Of a DNA stretch of 64,000 bases, positions 1-14,526 are shown in pieces. Position 1 is the stretch's first letter, and each line of letters starts with the position of its first letter. The position numbers were made by a program, and so were the translations under genes. Below the pieces are notes generated by a model. The model ran no database searches. It worked only from the letters and a program-made list of their open reading frames with translations, and was not told the origin of the DNA. The stretch comes from Neocallimastix sp. 'constans'. Its lineage: Eukaryota. The stretch covers positions 496,001-560,000 of the forward strand of contig JBODTK010000101.1 of the NCBI GenBank assembly GCA_050613775.1. Direction: 5' to 3'.

Positions 1-233
1 AAAATGAAGCCTTGTATTGGTTCGTGGTATCAGCTAAACTTGGCATTACTGAAGCTATTGAAAAAATAAAGGAAAAACAAGTAGAACATAACTATGAAGA
101 TTCATCTATTTCCGATTTTATAAGTGTTGTTATGGATAAAGGTCTTTATGGTAAACCTTCCGAATCTTCATTAGAATGTCAACAAATTATTAATGACTTA
201 CCAAATAGAAGTCATCATAGTATACAAATATAA
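1..233 (+). CDS. 3' end of a gene truncated by the window edge, probably a Sel1-like/TPR repeat protein
   Basis: The frame is open from position 3. NEALYWFVVSAKLGITEA resembles the Sel1 repeat consensus (A..WF..AA..G...A). GC is higher than in the flanks. Stop codon at 231-233. Confidence 0.5.
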   Translation, partial: NEALYWFVVSAKLGITEAIEKIKEKQVEHNYEDSSISDFISVVMDKGLYGKPSESSLECQQIINDLPNRSHHSIQI

Positions 234-540
234 ATATATATATGTACATAAAGAATGGAAAGGAAATCAAATTAGTAAGAACAGGGTTAAAAGTAGATAA
301 ACATAAATTAAAATAGTAAATAATTCGATGTATTTAATTTTTAAATATTTATAATTTTTTTTTTTTTAAAAAAAAAAATTCAAAATCAAAATCAATCAAA
401 ATCAAATCATCATTTTACCTATCTATAATTATGTTCATAATTATGAAATTTACCCCAACACATCAATTCATTATTTATTTAATCAAATAATTTAATTTTT
501 TCTTTCTTTTTTTTTTTTTTTTCATAATTTAAGTTAAAGT

Positions 541-617
541 AAAAAAACAAAAAACAAAAAAACAAAAAAACAAAAAAACAAAAAAACAAAAAAACAAAAA
601 AACAAAAAAACAAAAAA
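541..617. repeat. (AAAAAAAC)n 8-bp tandem repeat
   Basis: About 9 directly visible units. Confidence 0.85.
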
Positions 618-797
618 TATATTTATTTATTTATTTTTTTTCTATATTTAATATTTTATTTTCAACAATAACAATTTTTTTTTTTAAAAAATAAATAATA
701 ATAATAATAATATTTAGAAATATAGAAAAAGAATAGAAATGATGTTAATAAAATATTCATTAAACAATTTACAAAAAAAAAAAAAAAAAAAAAAAAA

Positions 798-828
<31 letters not shown>

Positions 829-1016
829 TCAATATTAAACAAATACAATTATACAAATAATTGTCAAATAATAATTATAATATAAGTTAAAAAAAATAAT
901 AATAATAATATAATTATAATAATATTATATAATAATATTAAATTATAATATTAAATCATGAATTTATTATTAAATTATAATAATATAAAAGAAAAAAAAT
1001 TAGACAATTTAAAATG

Positions 1017-1049
<33 letters not shown>

Positions 1050-3364
1050 CAAAAACAAATAATTAATATTAACTTTAATAATTTGTAAATTCGATATAAT
1101 ATAATACTTTACATGAAATATTATAAATGATAATAATAATGATAATAATTATATTAATTAATGAAAATGAAAATATTAATATTATTTAATCAAATAAAGT
1201 TAACAATTATTGATTAAATTAAAATAACATAATAAGAAAAAGAAATTTATAAAAAATATATATTTATATATTTATATAAACTTAAAATAAAGAAAGTAAA
1301 ATAAGGTTAATTAAAAAAAATTAAAAAAGAAAAAAAAAAGAAAAAAAAATTAAATAAAAAATATATATAATAACAAATATTTTATTAATCTTTTTTACTC
1401 AAAGTAAAAAAGAATAATTAATTATATATTTTTTAATAGCATATTAAAAATTCATATATATATATATAAAATCTATATATAGTTTTCAAAAATGGAAAAA
1501 ACACCAACAAAAAAAAAAATAAAATATTCTTATTCAATTATAAATATTTTATATTATCATTTTCATTATTATCAATTAATATTATCCAATTTATTATTTC
1601 ATGTTTATAATTATTATATATTATATCATAATCAATAATATTATTATAATTTTATTTATATTAAATTATTAGAATTATTATTTTCTTTTTTTTTTATTAT
1701 AATTTTTTTTTAGAAAAAATAAAAAATAAAAAAAAAAAAAAAAAAAACTTTTGTATAGTAAGACAAAATAAAATAAAAAAAATTATTAAAAAAAAAAAAA
1801 AAAAATTTAAAATAAAATAAATGAAGTTTGTATTTATTTATTTTTTTAATTATTTTTTTTTTTTTTTAATAATTTTTTTATTTTAATTTTATAATTTATG
1901 TATCATTATTATAATATGTAACATTACTTAAATTATTTAAATATTTATGGAAATAAATAAATAAAATAAAAAAAAAATTTTAAAAAAAAAAAATCTAAAA
2001 TCTAAAATACAATATACTTTATATATTAATTTACTTTTTTTTATTATTAAAAATTAATATTAAATTAATTATATAATTTATGTTTTAATGAATAGCTTAT
2101 TGAGGCTTATTGAATAAAGAATTCTACTTTAATTAATAGCTTAATTCTATAGTAAATATAGTCTTTTTTTTTTTTTTTATAATAATGTAATTATTAATAT
2201 TTTAAAACAAAAAATTTATGTTTATGATTTTTCATTTATATTTTTTTCATTGTTGTTCATGGCTTATTTCAAGTATATGAGCTTTCTTTTATGAAATTCA
2301 AATCACAGTAAATAAAATTGAACTGTGCTAATCAAAGAAACTTTTAACTAAGATATTTTTAATTATATTTTTTTATTTTTTATTTTTTTTTTTTATTTTT
2401 TCGTTTTTAATTTTATTTTATTTTATTTTATTTTTAATAAATTTAATTAATACTTTTTATTATTATTTTAAATAATAGAAAATAAATTAATATATTATAA
2501 TATTATAAAGTTTATGATATAATTATAATTATAAAAAAAAAATTTTTTTATAAGCCTTTTCTATATATGTAATATGAAAAACATGTATATAATATATAAT
2601 AAAATATATATGTTTAAAATATAATTTTATAATTATAAAATTAAACCATATATTAATTATAAAAAAAAAAAAAAAAAAAAAAAATACATTTAAAAGGGTT
2701 AATTCATCAAGTAGATAGATACCTTCAAAAAAAAAAAAAAAAAAAAAATAAAAAAAATAATAATAATAATAATAATAATAATTTTTATTATAGCCAATTT
2801 CGAGTTTCATCCATTACAAAAATAATAGTAATAAAATTGTTATAACTTGAACAAATTGTATGGAAATTAAATCTCCCAAATAATATATTTCTTGGTTCAA
2901 AGATTAAGTTTAGTAGACGCCACACTTTCCTACTTAAATATTTTTTTTCTTTTTTTTTTTTTTTTTTATTTTATTTTATTTTATTTCATTTTATTTTATT
3001 TTATTTTATTTTATTTTTTTGTTATTTGCTTTATTTTATTAAATATTTATACATATTTATTTTCTTTTTTGATAAAAATGACAACCAATTTAAACATCTT
3101 AATTACTTTTAAAAAAAAAAAAAAAAAAAAAATACAGGAATATTTTTTTTTTTTTTTTTTTAACAATTTTTTAATAAATTATATATCAAATCGCTTTGTA
3201 CTACTTTTGTTTTGGACAAAATAAATAAAAAAAAATTAAATGAAAATTAATAGAACATTCTTCTTTACTAATTTCATTTAACAATACTAATCTTAAAATT
3301 ATATAGAAAATTAAATTAAAATATGATTTAATTTTAATAATTTATAAACAATGGATTTGAATTT

Positions 3365-3395
<31 letters not shown>

Positions 3396-3796
3396 GAATC
3401 AATTATATTTTTGTTTATTTAATTCTTAAAAAAAAAAAAGTTTAGGCTAAAAGATCACCCATTTTATTATAAGAAAATTTGAAAAAAAATATAATAATTA
3501 TAATAATAATAAAATTAAAAATATATATATATATTTAAATTGAATATTATTGGTCAGATATTACAAGGAATCAAAGGATTTTTATTTATATTATTATTCA
3601 TTCCAGGAAATCATTCAATTGCTAATAGTTAATATATATACATAATAGATATTACATAATTTATTATAAGATAATATTGATGATAGAAAGAAATAAGAAA
3701 TAATTAAAAATTTAGGTTGTTAAGATATGATATTAAATATAATGATATATGTTATATTACTGCTATTAAAAATGTTTGAATAATAGTTTTTTTTTT

Positions 3797-4217
3797 TTTT
3801 TTAGATTGAGATTAAAGAGAGGGGAGGATAATGGGGCCTCCAATTTCTCCCTTAAATGTTATCAGACCCTCTTTGAATTCTTTGCCATATCTGTTTCGGA
3901 GGTTTCGGACGTCAACGTGGACCTCTCTCTAAACAAGGCTAATATCAAATATAAAAAGGAGACATTCCCTATACACTACCTTATATGACAGGCTTCTTTT
4001 CAGTGATCTCCTTGAACCATCCTAGAGGGAGGAACAGCATCACTAGTCCTTATACAGATCAAATGTTCTTCTGTACTTTCAATTATATACTCTAGTAACA
4101 GGAATACTTATCATGACGAACGAACATCCAACTTCATTCACAGGGAAAAACACCGTGACAGGGGAGGATAAAATTTTTCCCCATAAATAAATTTAAGGAG
4201 GAGGTTACGCGATCGAT
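3797..4217 (+). repeat. Copy A of a diverged ~400-bp inverted repeat (decayed, formerly coding exon-like sequence)
   Basis: Aligns by eye with the reverse complement of 5974-6360. Shared blocks include ggaggataat, ctcccttaaa, gaattctttg, attccctatac, acagatcaa, aggaatactta-catgacgaa and catccaactt. Confidence 0.85.
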
Positions 4218-4979
4218 TACAAAAACCTTATGTTCATGAGTCCAGAATATTAACCACCAGGATAAAAAAAATAAAAAAAAAAAATGGAAAGACTGGATAA
4301 TAGATGATTGTTCTGGGTGTTACCCTTATAAATTAAATGGGAAACAACTGAATTATTAAAACTATTGAAATTGTAATGTAAAATAGTTTTTTATTTCAAC
4401 AAAGAATAATAAATAATAAAAATATTTATAATAATTAATATTTATATTAAATAATAATATAATAAATAATATCAAATTAACTTTAATTAAATAGTTTTAG
4501 AATTAAAACATCAAAAACTATTTAAAACTAGTCTAGTCCAACTAATTCATAAATATTATTAATTAAAGTTAGTCTATTAAAATCAAATTTATACATTAAA
4601 TAATGTAGTCACATGATTGTTGATATTGAATTATAGATTTATAGATTTATTATTAATTTTATATATAGTAATAATTATATCATTTAATTAAATAATATTT
4701 TACAGAAGCATCATTTGCCAAGAAAATTGTACAAATCAATGATTTCATTAAGGAATTAATTGTTGATTTGAGGCATACACTTCTCACTCAAGAATCTGAA
4801 CGCCATGAAGATTATGATGATACGTCATCGTATCAACATGGCCAGAGATTATATCAATCAAAAAAAAAGAAAAAAAAAAAAGAATTTCTTTGTTCAACAA
4901 GGTAAGTGAATCAGAGACACAAGAAGATGAAGAAATCCGCACCCTTTTCTATCTATGAAGACTAAGCCTTAACAGAAGA

Positions 4980-5298
4980 ATGAAAATAGGTAAAACAGAT
5001 GTCACTGATGTACATTGTGGATAATAATGAGAGAAAAATTTAAAAGCACAATATTTCAATGGAAGAGTTAAAGTATTCATTACGTTCTGTAGAGAAATAC
5101 CTACCATGGTTTGAAGGGGGAAATTTTATCTTATACCTTCAGAGTGAAAGTAATGCCAAACTTGACTAGGGTCAAGAAAAGTCATAAGAATATATAAAGA
5201 TTATCTACTATTATGATATTATACCACCCGAATCCTCTACAGCCATTAATAAGCATGTCATGGAAATATAGTTAGATAACATTCTCAAAAGAAATTAA
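4980..5298 (+). pseudogene. Stealth-family (hexose-1-phosphate transferase, conserved region 2) pseudogene
   Basis: One frame from 5059 reads MEELKYSLRSVEKYLPWFEG...KIIYYYDIIPPESSTAINKHVMEI*LDNI. This matches the Stealth CR2 pattern (ELRYSLRS.EKY.PW...I.H.DI.P...PTFNSH.IE..L..I). It has three in-frame stops. Confidence 0.75.
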
Positions 5299-5973
5299 TA
5301 AATTTATAACCGAAAAAAAAAATTATATATCAATAATAGTAATCCATGTAACCATAAAAAAAAAAAAAACATAAGTTCATATAATGCAGTAAAAGAGTAT
5401 TTTTTTTTCCTATTCAAAAAAAAAAAAAAAAAAAAAAAAGAAAGAAAATTCTTGTGAATATAATAAGAATATTTATTTGTAAATAATAATAATTTACAAT
5501 AAAAAATAATAATAAATAATAATTACAAATAATATCAATCAATAACTATAATTAAACCAAAATTGTAAATAAAATCACTTATCTTTAATATTCTATATTC
5601 ATTTTCAGAAATAATTATAACCAAAAATATTTAGTAATAATATTAAAAATTTAATATTTAATTTTTTTTTTAAAAAAAAAAAAAAAAACTAATTTTTTCG
5701 TTTTAGGCAATTGATATTAAAATAGAATAGTTTAATAGATGGATTAATAATTAATGAAGATAAAATTTTTAGAAATAATTAAATATTTGTCGTAAAAGGA
5801 ATTGTTAAATGTATTGATTATAATAAATAATTTAAATATTTGTAGTAAAAGGAATTGTTATATGTATTAATTATAATAATAATAATAATAATAATAATAA
5901 TGTATTTAATTTTTTTAATTTTTTTGTTATGATGAAGATTAATTCTATATTTTATATTTTTCTATTTTTCTTG

Positions 5974-6360
5974 GATCGATCCGATGACTACCTCCTATAT
6001 TTATATATGGCAATTTTCTACTCAGGGTTTTTCCTCATAAAAATAAAGTTGGATGCTCTTTCGTCATGGTAAGTATTCCTATTTCTAGACTATATGATTG
6101 AAAGAGCAGAAAATACTTGATCTGTGAGAGGATTAGTGTAGTCGTTCCTCTCTCGAAATGATAATTCAAGATTGTCACTAATAGGAAACTCATCGTATAA
6201 GGCGTTGTATAGGGAATATCTATTTATATTAGACTTGCTTAGAGTAAGGTTCACCTTGACATCTGAAAAAGTATGACAAAGAATTCATTAAGAGTCTGAT
6301 ACGTTTAAGGGAGAGATTATATGCCCTATTATCCTCCCTTCTTATTCATCCCAACCTAAA
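5974..6360 (-). repeat. Copy B of the diverged ~400-bp inverted repeat
   Basis: Its reverse complement matches 3797-4217. Both copies begin with a polyT-AG acceptor-like signal. Confidence 0.85.
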
Positions 6361-7164
6361 AAAAAAAGAGAAAAATATATATATGTATTTTTATCGTTTT
6401 CTAAATAAGTAAATAATTATTATCACTTTTGAGTTATTTATTATGATAAAAATTATATATAAATTTTTATTAATAGTAAAATAATAAATACTATTAGTTA
6501 AAAAAAAAAGAAGTGTCATTTATTCAATGTATTTTTATATAATACATTTAATTTTATATTATAATAGTTTATATTTATAGATATTTATTATTATTTAATA
6601 TTCTTATGTAAAAATAATAATTATATATAACAATAGATATTTAATAATTTTCATTTAAAAGAAAAAATAAAAATAAAATAAAATTTTTATTTCGCTAAGT
6701 TTTATTTATATATTCAGATTTATTAGATTTTATAAATATATAAATATATAAATAATTATATAAATATAAATATAAATTAAATATAAATATATATATATTT
6801 TTTTTTATAAAATTTATTTTTTTTTTTTTTTAAAAAAAAAAAACTGATTAACTAAAAATTGAAAGTAAAAATTATTAAACAAATTATTAATCTATTTTGA
6901 TTATTTTTTAATATCAAAAGATATATTCAAATATTATATATAAACTTTAAAAGTGATATATACCTATGTAGATTATTTTATGTTAATTGTGATACATTTC
7001 ATTTTTTTTTTTTTAAATCAAAATATATATAAAAAATATGAATATAAATATATTTATTATATATATATATCAATAATAATATTTAAATTTGGAAAAAAAA
7101 GAAAATCTTTTTCTTTTAAAGTTTATTTACATTTGTTTATTTTTAATCATTTTAATCAAATAAT

Positions 7165-7204
<40 letters not shown>

Positions 7205-9065
7205 GATTACTGATTTAAAACATTCGCAAGAAAATTATATATAATAAAGATAGAAATTTTCATTAATTTTACTTATAAAATGTAACCAAAAAGTCATGCT
7301 TTTTTATTTATTTCAAAAAAACAATTATTGATTATATTATTTTTTCTAACAAATTTATTAATCACTTAGATAATTAATAAATTATTATAAATACTTTTTA
7401 TCATAATTATTACAATATATATTTTTTTATTTATAACATTTAAATTGAAAATTAGAAAAGAATAAAGTAAATATTTTTAAAATTAGTTTTTTTTTTTATT
7501 TTATTTTATTATTATTATTATATTTTAAAATATATATTAATATATTAATATATTAATATATGTAAATTTTTAAATTTTAATTTAAAATTTAAAGTTTTAA
7601 TTCCTCTTCAAACTTAATGTAAAAATCACTTTAAATGATTAATTTTTAATCAAGAAAAAATTTTTTTTTAAAATAAATAAAATAAAATAAATTAAAATAA
7701 AACAAAATATCATGACATGTCGTTTTTACATATTAAATAAAAAAAATTTTTTAAATACTATTGATGTACTAATAATTTATTTGTTTAAAGAAATAAAATA
7801 AAAATAAGATAAATGATTTAATGATAATGCAAATTGTATTTTATTTTATTATTTTTGTTATTATTATAATAAATGAATTAAAGAATTCTAAAGTTATTGC
7901 TATATTTTATATATATATATCAAAATTTTAAATATCATATCGTATAAAATTATAATTGCTTAGTAAATTAAAAAAAAAATTTTTTTATCATTTTTATTAT
8001 CAATCAAAATTTTAAATAAAGAATTATTTTTAATTTTTTAATAATAACTTTTTTTTTTTCATTAAAGCATTATTAAAAATTAATTAAAATTTTTAATAAA
8101 TTAAAATAAAATGTACTTGATATATAATAATATTAATATTAAAATATAAAAAAAATATATTCAATTATATATTATAGTATAAATAAAATTTAATTCTTTT
8201 AAAAATTTAAAGATTCATATAATTAAAAAAAAAAAAAAGTATTAATATGAAAGTTTACTTTTTTATTAAAATAAATATTATAAAAAAAAAACTAAATAAA
8301 GAAATGTTAAAACGAATTTTTAAATGATTTACTATTAATATTTAACATTAAGAATAAATTCATTAAAGTAAAAAGTAATATTTCTATTATTATACAATAT
8401 TTTAAATAAATTATATATATATAATTACAATTATTAGAAAAAAAAATAATTAAATGTTAATAAATGTGAAAAAAATTTTTTTAATATATAAAGTAAAAGA
8501 TATTATTTAAAATGGCGGCTTTTAAATATAAATATATAAAAACAAATATAATTAAAATAAAAATTAAAATTGTTTTCTTTTTTTTTTTTTTTTTTTTTCT
8601 TTTTATTTTATTTTAATTTTAATTTTAATTTTAATGAAAGTTTATTATTATTATTATTATTTTTATTATTATGAATAAATGATCATTTAAATAATTTATT
8701 CTATTATTTTGTAATTAATTTAAATGGTAAATAATAAAGATAAATATTACTGTTAATGTTTTTATTTATTTATTTATTTATTTAATAATAATAATATGTT
8801 TTAAATTATATTTATAATTTTTTTTTTTTTTTTGGTTTATTCTAGTTTGTTTTGGTTTTAAAATTTATTATATTATTTAAAGAATGGATAATATATATAA
8901 TTGATAGTACAATACACTTATAGTATTAGTTTATTCTAATTTTTAATTTTGAATTTTGAATTTTGAATTTTGAATATTTAATATAAATAATATAAAATAT
9001 ATATTTTGTATTTATAAATAAGTTTTTATTTTCTATCAATGAATGTTTATTCAAATAATGACTAA

Positions 9066-9099
<34 letters not shown>

Positions 9100-9678
9100 T
9101 TATTCTTTATTTTTATATAAATATATTAATATTATTTCATGCTTAATAATATACTAAATATTTTAAATTTGGTATAATTGTATACTTTATATGAAATAAA
9201 AGTTCAATATATTATATATTATCAATAATTAGTAAAACTGTAAATAGGAAAACAATAATTACAATTAATTTACAATAATATATTCTTTATCAAAATTGAT
9301 AAAATTTTCAATTGTAAAATTAATAATATTATTATTTTAAAAGAGAATAAAAAAATAAATAAATAAAAATAAAAATAAAACACATGCTACATTTATAAAT
9401 GAATTAAATTATTTTTTAAGTAAATACAGCTTTTTTTTCTTTTTTGTTTATTTGTTTTTCACCATTAATTATTTCACCAAAATAATTTAAAGAAATACTT
9501 TCTATCGATATATTCAAAAATACAATAATATACAAATATGTCAATACTATTAATTAATTAATTAATTGACAATATATTATAAATATCTATCTCTACAATC
9601 ACTCAAAATTCATTAATAATAATAATAATAAAAATAATAATAATAATAATATCAATTTTTAAAGGAAATAACAGAAAA

Positions 9679-9712
<34 letters not shown>

Positions 9713-9887
9713 TAAAAAATTTTAATAATTTTATAATAAAACATATTTTTAATAATAAATACAATTGAAGTATTTTATTATTTTATCTTTTTCAAATACA
9801 TTCATTGAAAAAGAAACTTCTTTTTTACTCTCTTTGAAATAAAATAATATTGTACATTCAAATTCAAATATTAAATATCTTATCATA

Positions 9888-11124
9888 ATGCAAGAATTAA
9901 CTACATATCTAGAAGACTACTTAGCAAGTAAGTTATCTATATAATTAAACAGTATATTTAACCTATCCATTTTAATATTATTTAAATATTATGTATTTAA
10001 GACAAATATCTAATATATGTATATATATTAACAAATACATACTATAGTAAAAATAATAATAAAATATCAATAAAAACAACAACAACAATAATAATAATAA
10101 TAGTATTGTTATTATTTAAATAAATAGTTAAATTAATTATTTATATATATAATAATTTATTTTAAAAATAAAATAATAATAGGCATTGATAATTTACCTT
10201 CAGAATTACAACAAAAATTATCAGAAATTAAGGAAAAAGACATAGAATTGAATGGTAAGTATTGACCATAAATTAATTTTCTTTCTTTCTTTATTTTTTT
10301 ATTTTATTTTATTTTATTTTTTATTTTTTTTTTTTTTTTTTTTTTTTTTTTGATAAAAATATTTTTATAAATAATAGTAATATATATATATAGAAGTAAT
10401 AATAATAAAATTCAATAATTTTATAATAATAATTTTAATATTTAATAAAATAATATTAAAAGATGTTAGACAACAACTAATTCAGGAGGAAACAGCTCAC
10501 AAGAAAATTTATAAAATTAAAAGACGCTTAAATAATATGGCAGAAATGGAAAAACAAGCAAATGAAAAGGTTCAAAATACTTTTAATAAGGCAAAATCTA
10601 TTGCTGATGATAAAATTTTTTTGGCTGAACGATTAAAAGATGTGGTAAATATATATATTTAAAAATGTTATGTTATTAATAATATAAAAAATAATAATAA
10701 TAATATATATCTTATGTATTATAATTTTTTTTTTTTTTTATTAATATTAAAATTTTAAAATTTTATTAATATATGAAATATAATTTTAATTTTTATACTT
10801 TTTTTTTTCTATTATTTATATTAACTATATATTATAATAATAATTTTATATATTGTATTATATATATTTTAATTATATTTATATGTAATATTTTAATAAA
10901 AAGATTAATTTGCATATTAAAAGATTAGAACACGACCTTTCAAGAATAATAGCAAATACAAATCAAAATCAAAAAAAGAAAGATACAATAACAAAATGTA
11001 AATAGAAATGAATTAATAAATAATATAAAATTATTATAAAATTATATAAATATATGTATATATATTTATATTTTAAATAATAAATAAACTAAATATATAC
11101 TTTTATTGAATATATTTCAAAATA

Positions 11125-11158
<34 letters not shown>

Positions 11159-11300
11159 TTTTTTTTGAAATAAAGTGGAACAAACACATACACAATCACC
11201 TGTTCCTAAAAGTATATTATTACTATTATATTACTATTAATATTTATAGTTAATATAAAACTTTGATGAAATACAAAAAAAAAAAAAATTTTTTTTTTAA

Positions 11301-11340
<40 letters not shown>

Positions 11341-12043
11341 TAGAAAGAAAAGCAGCAACTAATACAAGAAATCCAGTTAAAAGAAATAAATTACTTTCAA
11401 GAAAGTAATTATAATGATTAAAAAAATAAAATAATAAAAAAAAAGATTTTATATATTTATGCCCATATAATAAAATTATAATAAATTATTCAATATATAT
11501 ATATTTTTATTTACATAAATATATTTAATTATAATAGGAATTTAATTACTGATTCTAAGTCAACAAAAGATACAACTAATATTACAAATACTATAGAAAC
11601 ACCGAATTCTGTAACAACAGCTGCTACTGGTACTCATGATAATGATGAACAATTATATTGTTTTTGTCAACAAGTATCGTATGGTGAAATGATTGCATGT
11701 GGTAAAATATGAAAAAAAATTTTTTCTCTGTATAATATTATATATATTATGTATATATAATTTATAATAATCCATAAATTTCATATTAATCTTATTTTTT
11801 TTTAAAAAAAATTTTTTATATTTAATAAATTAAATTATAACCTACTTTGAATAATAATACCTTATATATTATTATAATTAACAATAAAATTTTTTTTTCT
11901 TTTTTTCTTTTTTTATAATTAAATTAATAATTAAAATAATTTATAAATAATTTAAAAAGATGGTGAGGTAAGAAAGATTTTCCTTAATGAAATATATATA
12001 TATATATAATATAAATAATATATTAATTTGTTTTTAATATTCA

Positions 12044-12093
<50 letters not shown>

Positions 12094-12418
12094 AATATAT
12101 ATATATGTATATTTTTTCAAAAAAAAAAAAAAAAAAAAAAAATAGAATTGTAAAAATGAATGGTTTCATTATGAATGTGTTGGTTTAAATGAACCCCCGA
12201 AAGGTGTATGGTATTGTCCAGATTGTATGGAAGAGCAAAAACGTAAAAAAGAGAAGGAGAAAGAAAAAGAAAACGAAAAAATTTCTGAAAATAAAGAGAT
12301 TAAAGAAGAGATAAAGAAAGAAATCAAAGAAGAAAAAGAATCAAAAACTAAAGATAAAGATACTAAAGTCAAAGAACCTAAATTAAAAGAAATTAAAAAA
12401 GAAAAGAAACATAAATAA
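9888..12418 (+). CDS. ING-family (Yng2/Pho23/ING-like) PHD-finger chromatin protein, 9 exons, 309 aa
   Basis: Exons 9888-9927, 10183-10254, 10463-10644, 10904-10997, 11176-11211, 11344-11404, 11538-11701, 11960-11967 and 12146-12418 (930 nt, all GT-AG). N-terminal ING motifs: [17 protein letters not shown] and [15 protein letters not shown] finger: [48 protein letters not shown]. Confidence 0.95.
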
Positions 12419-13523
12419 AAAAAAAAATAAAATTCTTCCTTTTTCATCTACTACTTAATAGAATCTTTTTTCTTTTTTTTTTCTTTTATACTATTATTAA
12501 AAACAAAAGTTTCTATAAAATAATGAAAAAAATAATAATAATAATAATAATTGTAAAAATAAACTACTTCTTTATTTCTTTTTCTTTCTTTCTTTTATTA
12601 TATATATATTTATTTATTTTTTACTAATATAATATGATATCAGTGAAGCATATTATTTTAATTTTATCATTATTTAGTTAAATTTTAATTTAAGTTACTT
12701 TAAAATTGGTTTTCATATATTTATATTAATATTGCTTGTTAATAATATATGATAAAAATTATATAAATATTTTTTTTTTTTTTTTTTTTTTACTTCTCTA
12801 CAAAAAAAAAAAAAGAAAAAAAAAATATATATATATATATAAAGTACGTTATTTGTATGTTATTTATGTTATGTATTATAGAATTAAAAGTAATATCTAT
12901 ACTCTTATATAGGAAATAAGTTTTAGTTATATATAATTTATTAATTTTATAATTACATAATAATATAAAATAGTAATTATTTTTAATATAAAAAAAAAAA
13001 AAAATTAACAATAAAAAGTTTGATGTATATAGATATAGTTCAATTCTTCTAATATAATAAAAAAAAAAAAAAAAAATAAAAAAAAAATTGTATTAATATA
13101 TAGTAAAAGAAAAATTAATCATAAATTTATTAACTAAAATTATCTATATATTATTAAATAAATATTTAAAAAATTATTCATTATAAAATTAATTATTACA
13201 ATATTATTAATAATTATAAATATACAAATATATAATTTAATATTTAATAATGAAATTGTGAAATTCGTTATTATTTAATATATATATAAATATATTTATA
13301 CAGTATTAAGAATATTTATATTTATTGAAAATATTATTTAAATATTCTTAAGTTTTTTTTTTTTTTTTTTTTTTTTTTTTATTTATTTATTTATTTATTT
13401 ATTTTTGTTTAGTTATATTTATATTTATTTTTCATTTATTATCAATATTTTTTTTTTTTTTTAATTTTATTTCTTTTGTTTTATTAATATACATTATTTA
13501 TTTTCTTTCTTTTTTCTTTCTTT

Positions 13524-13556
<33 letters not shown>

Positions 13557-13779
13557 TTAAATATATATAGAATAAAAAATATAAAACTATAAATATTATA
13601 TTTATATAAAAACAAAAAAAAATTTTTTATCATTTAATATAATTTTTCATGTAAATAATATTAAATAAAGAAATAAAGTTTTTTTCTAGAGTTATATATA
13701 TATAAATATATATTAATAAATATATATATTATTTGGTATATAATTTTTATAAAAACTACTAATAATAAGTTTATCTCAA

Positions 13780-14460
13780 GTGATATGGACTGCTTTTCCA
13801 TTTAGGGTTGAATTAAAAGGAATGGCTTAAATTAGGTGTACTAATTACAGTTTTCTGTAATTCTGATGATAATCTATGGTTATCCTTTCTTTAGTGTCTT
13901 CTAATACGAAGAGAAAATTTAGAGTATAGGAAGAAAGTGAGCCTGATGCTTTATATTGTTTTAAACTGGATGTGTAGAAACATTGGAACGGATAATTAAT
14001 AATATCATGTAGTTTTTATATTATCATTGTAATGAATCTATTGTATTTTTGACTTTAGCTTTATTATGTATGTGTATTTATCTATTGTATTATTTAAACT
14101 CATGTAGCTATTGCAAAATGGAAATGTAGGATATTGATTTACTCAAAGCTCGTGTTTAATACTTTATTTAGCGAATGGGAATCCTTTTTATAGATTTTCA
14201 CTACTAACATTTTATTTATCTATTGACATCACAAGGTTGTTTTTTATCTGTGGTATACACTCATGGACCAATGCTAAAATGAAAGAGTTTACTCATTCTA
14301 GATGCAAAAAATTCAAGAATAATATTTTGTCAGTGAAAAGAATTTCTAAATTCAATGATAGTTTCTTCAGGATTAAAGTATACACTCCTAATTTCAACTA
14401 CACAAAATTTGTAAAAGTATTTGAAAAGTTAAGTAGAAAAATTAGATAAATTTCCATCAA
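13780..14460 (-). mobile_element. Heavily decayed retroelement relic, possibly a Ty3/gypsy pol RNase H region
   Basis: GC-richer island with no long ORF. Minus-strand fragments LEDTKERITIDYHQN and TLNGKAV occur in the order expected for the gypsy motifs LEG.K..ITIYTDHKN and NGKADALSR. Confidence 0.35.
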
Positions 14461-14495
14461 AAAAAGCAATTGCAAACTTTTAAAATATTAAATAA

Positions 14496-14526
<31 letters not shown>

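Noticed and set aside
2080..2940. Scattered GC-richer patches
   Set aside because: No sustained reading frame or recognisable motif on either strand.
662..3224. Short ORFs rich in F/L/Y/K runs (662-856, 2529-2810, 2892-3224) and similar ones across the window (6953, 12790, 19763-21034, 33529, 34361, 46204, 58936)
   Set aside because: They are translations of polyA/polyT and (AAT)n tracts, with no motifs or splice-consistent structure.
5781..5876. Direct repeat of about 50 bp (aaatatttgt..taaaaggaattgtta)
   Set aside because: A simple local duplication with no further structure.
14237..14449. 70-aa plus-strand ORF
   Set aside because: It has a non-ATG start, lies in a decayed relic and shows no recognisable domain.
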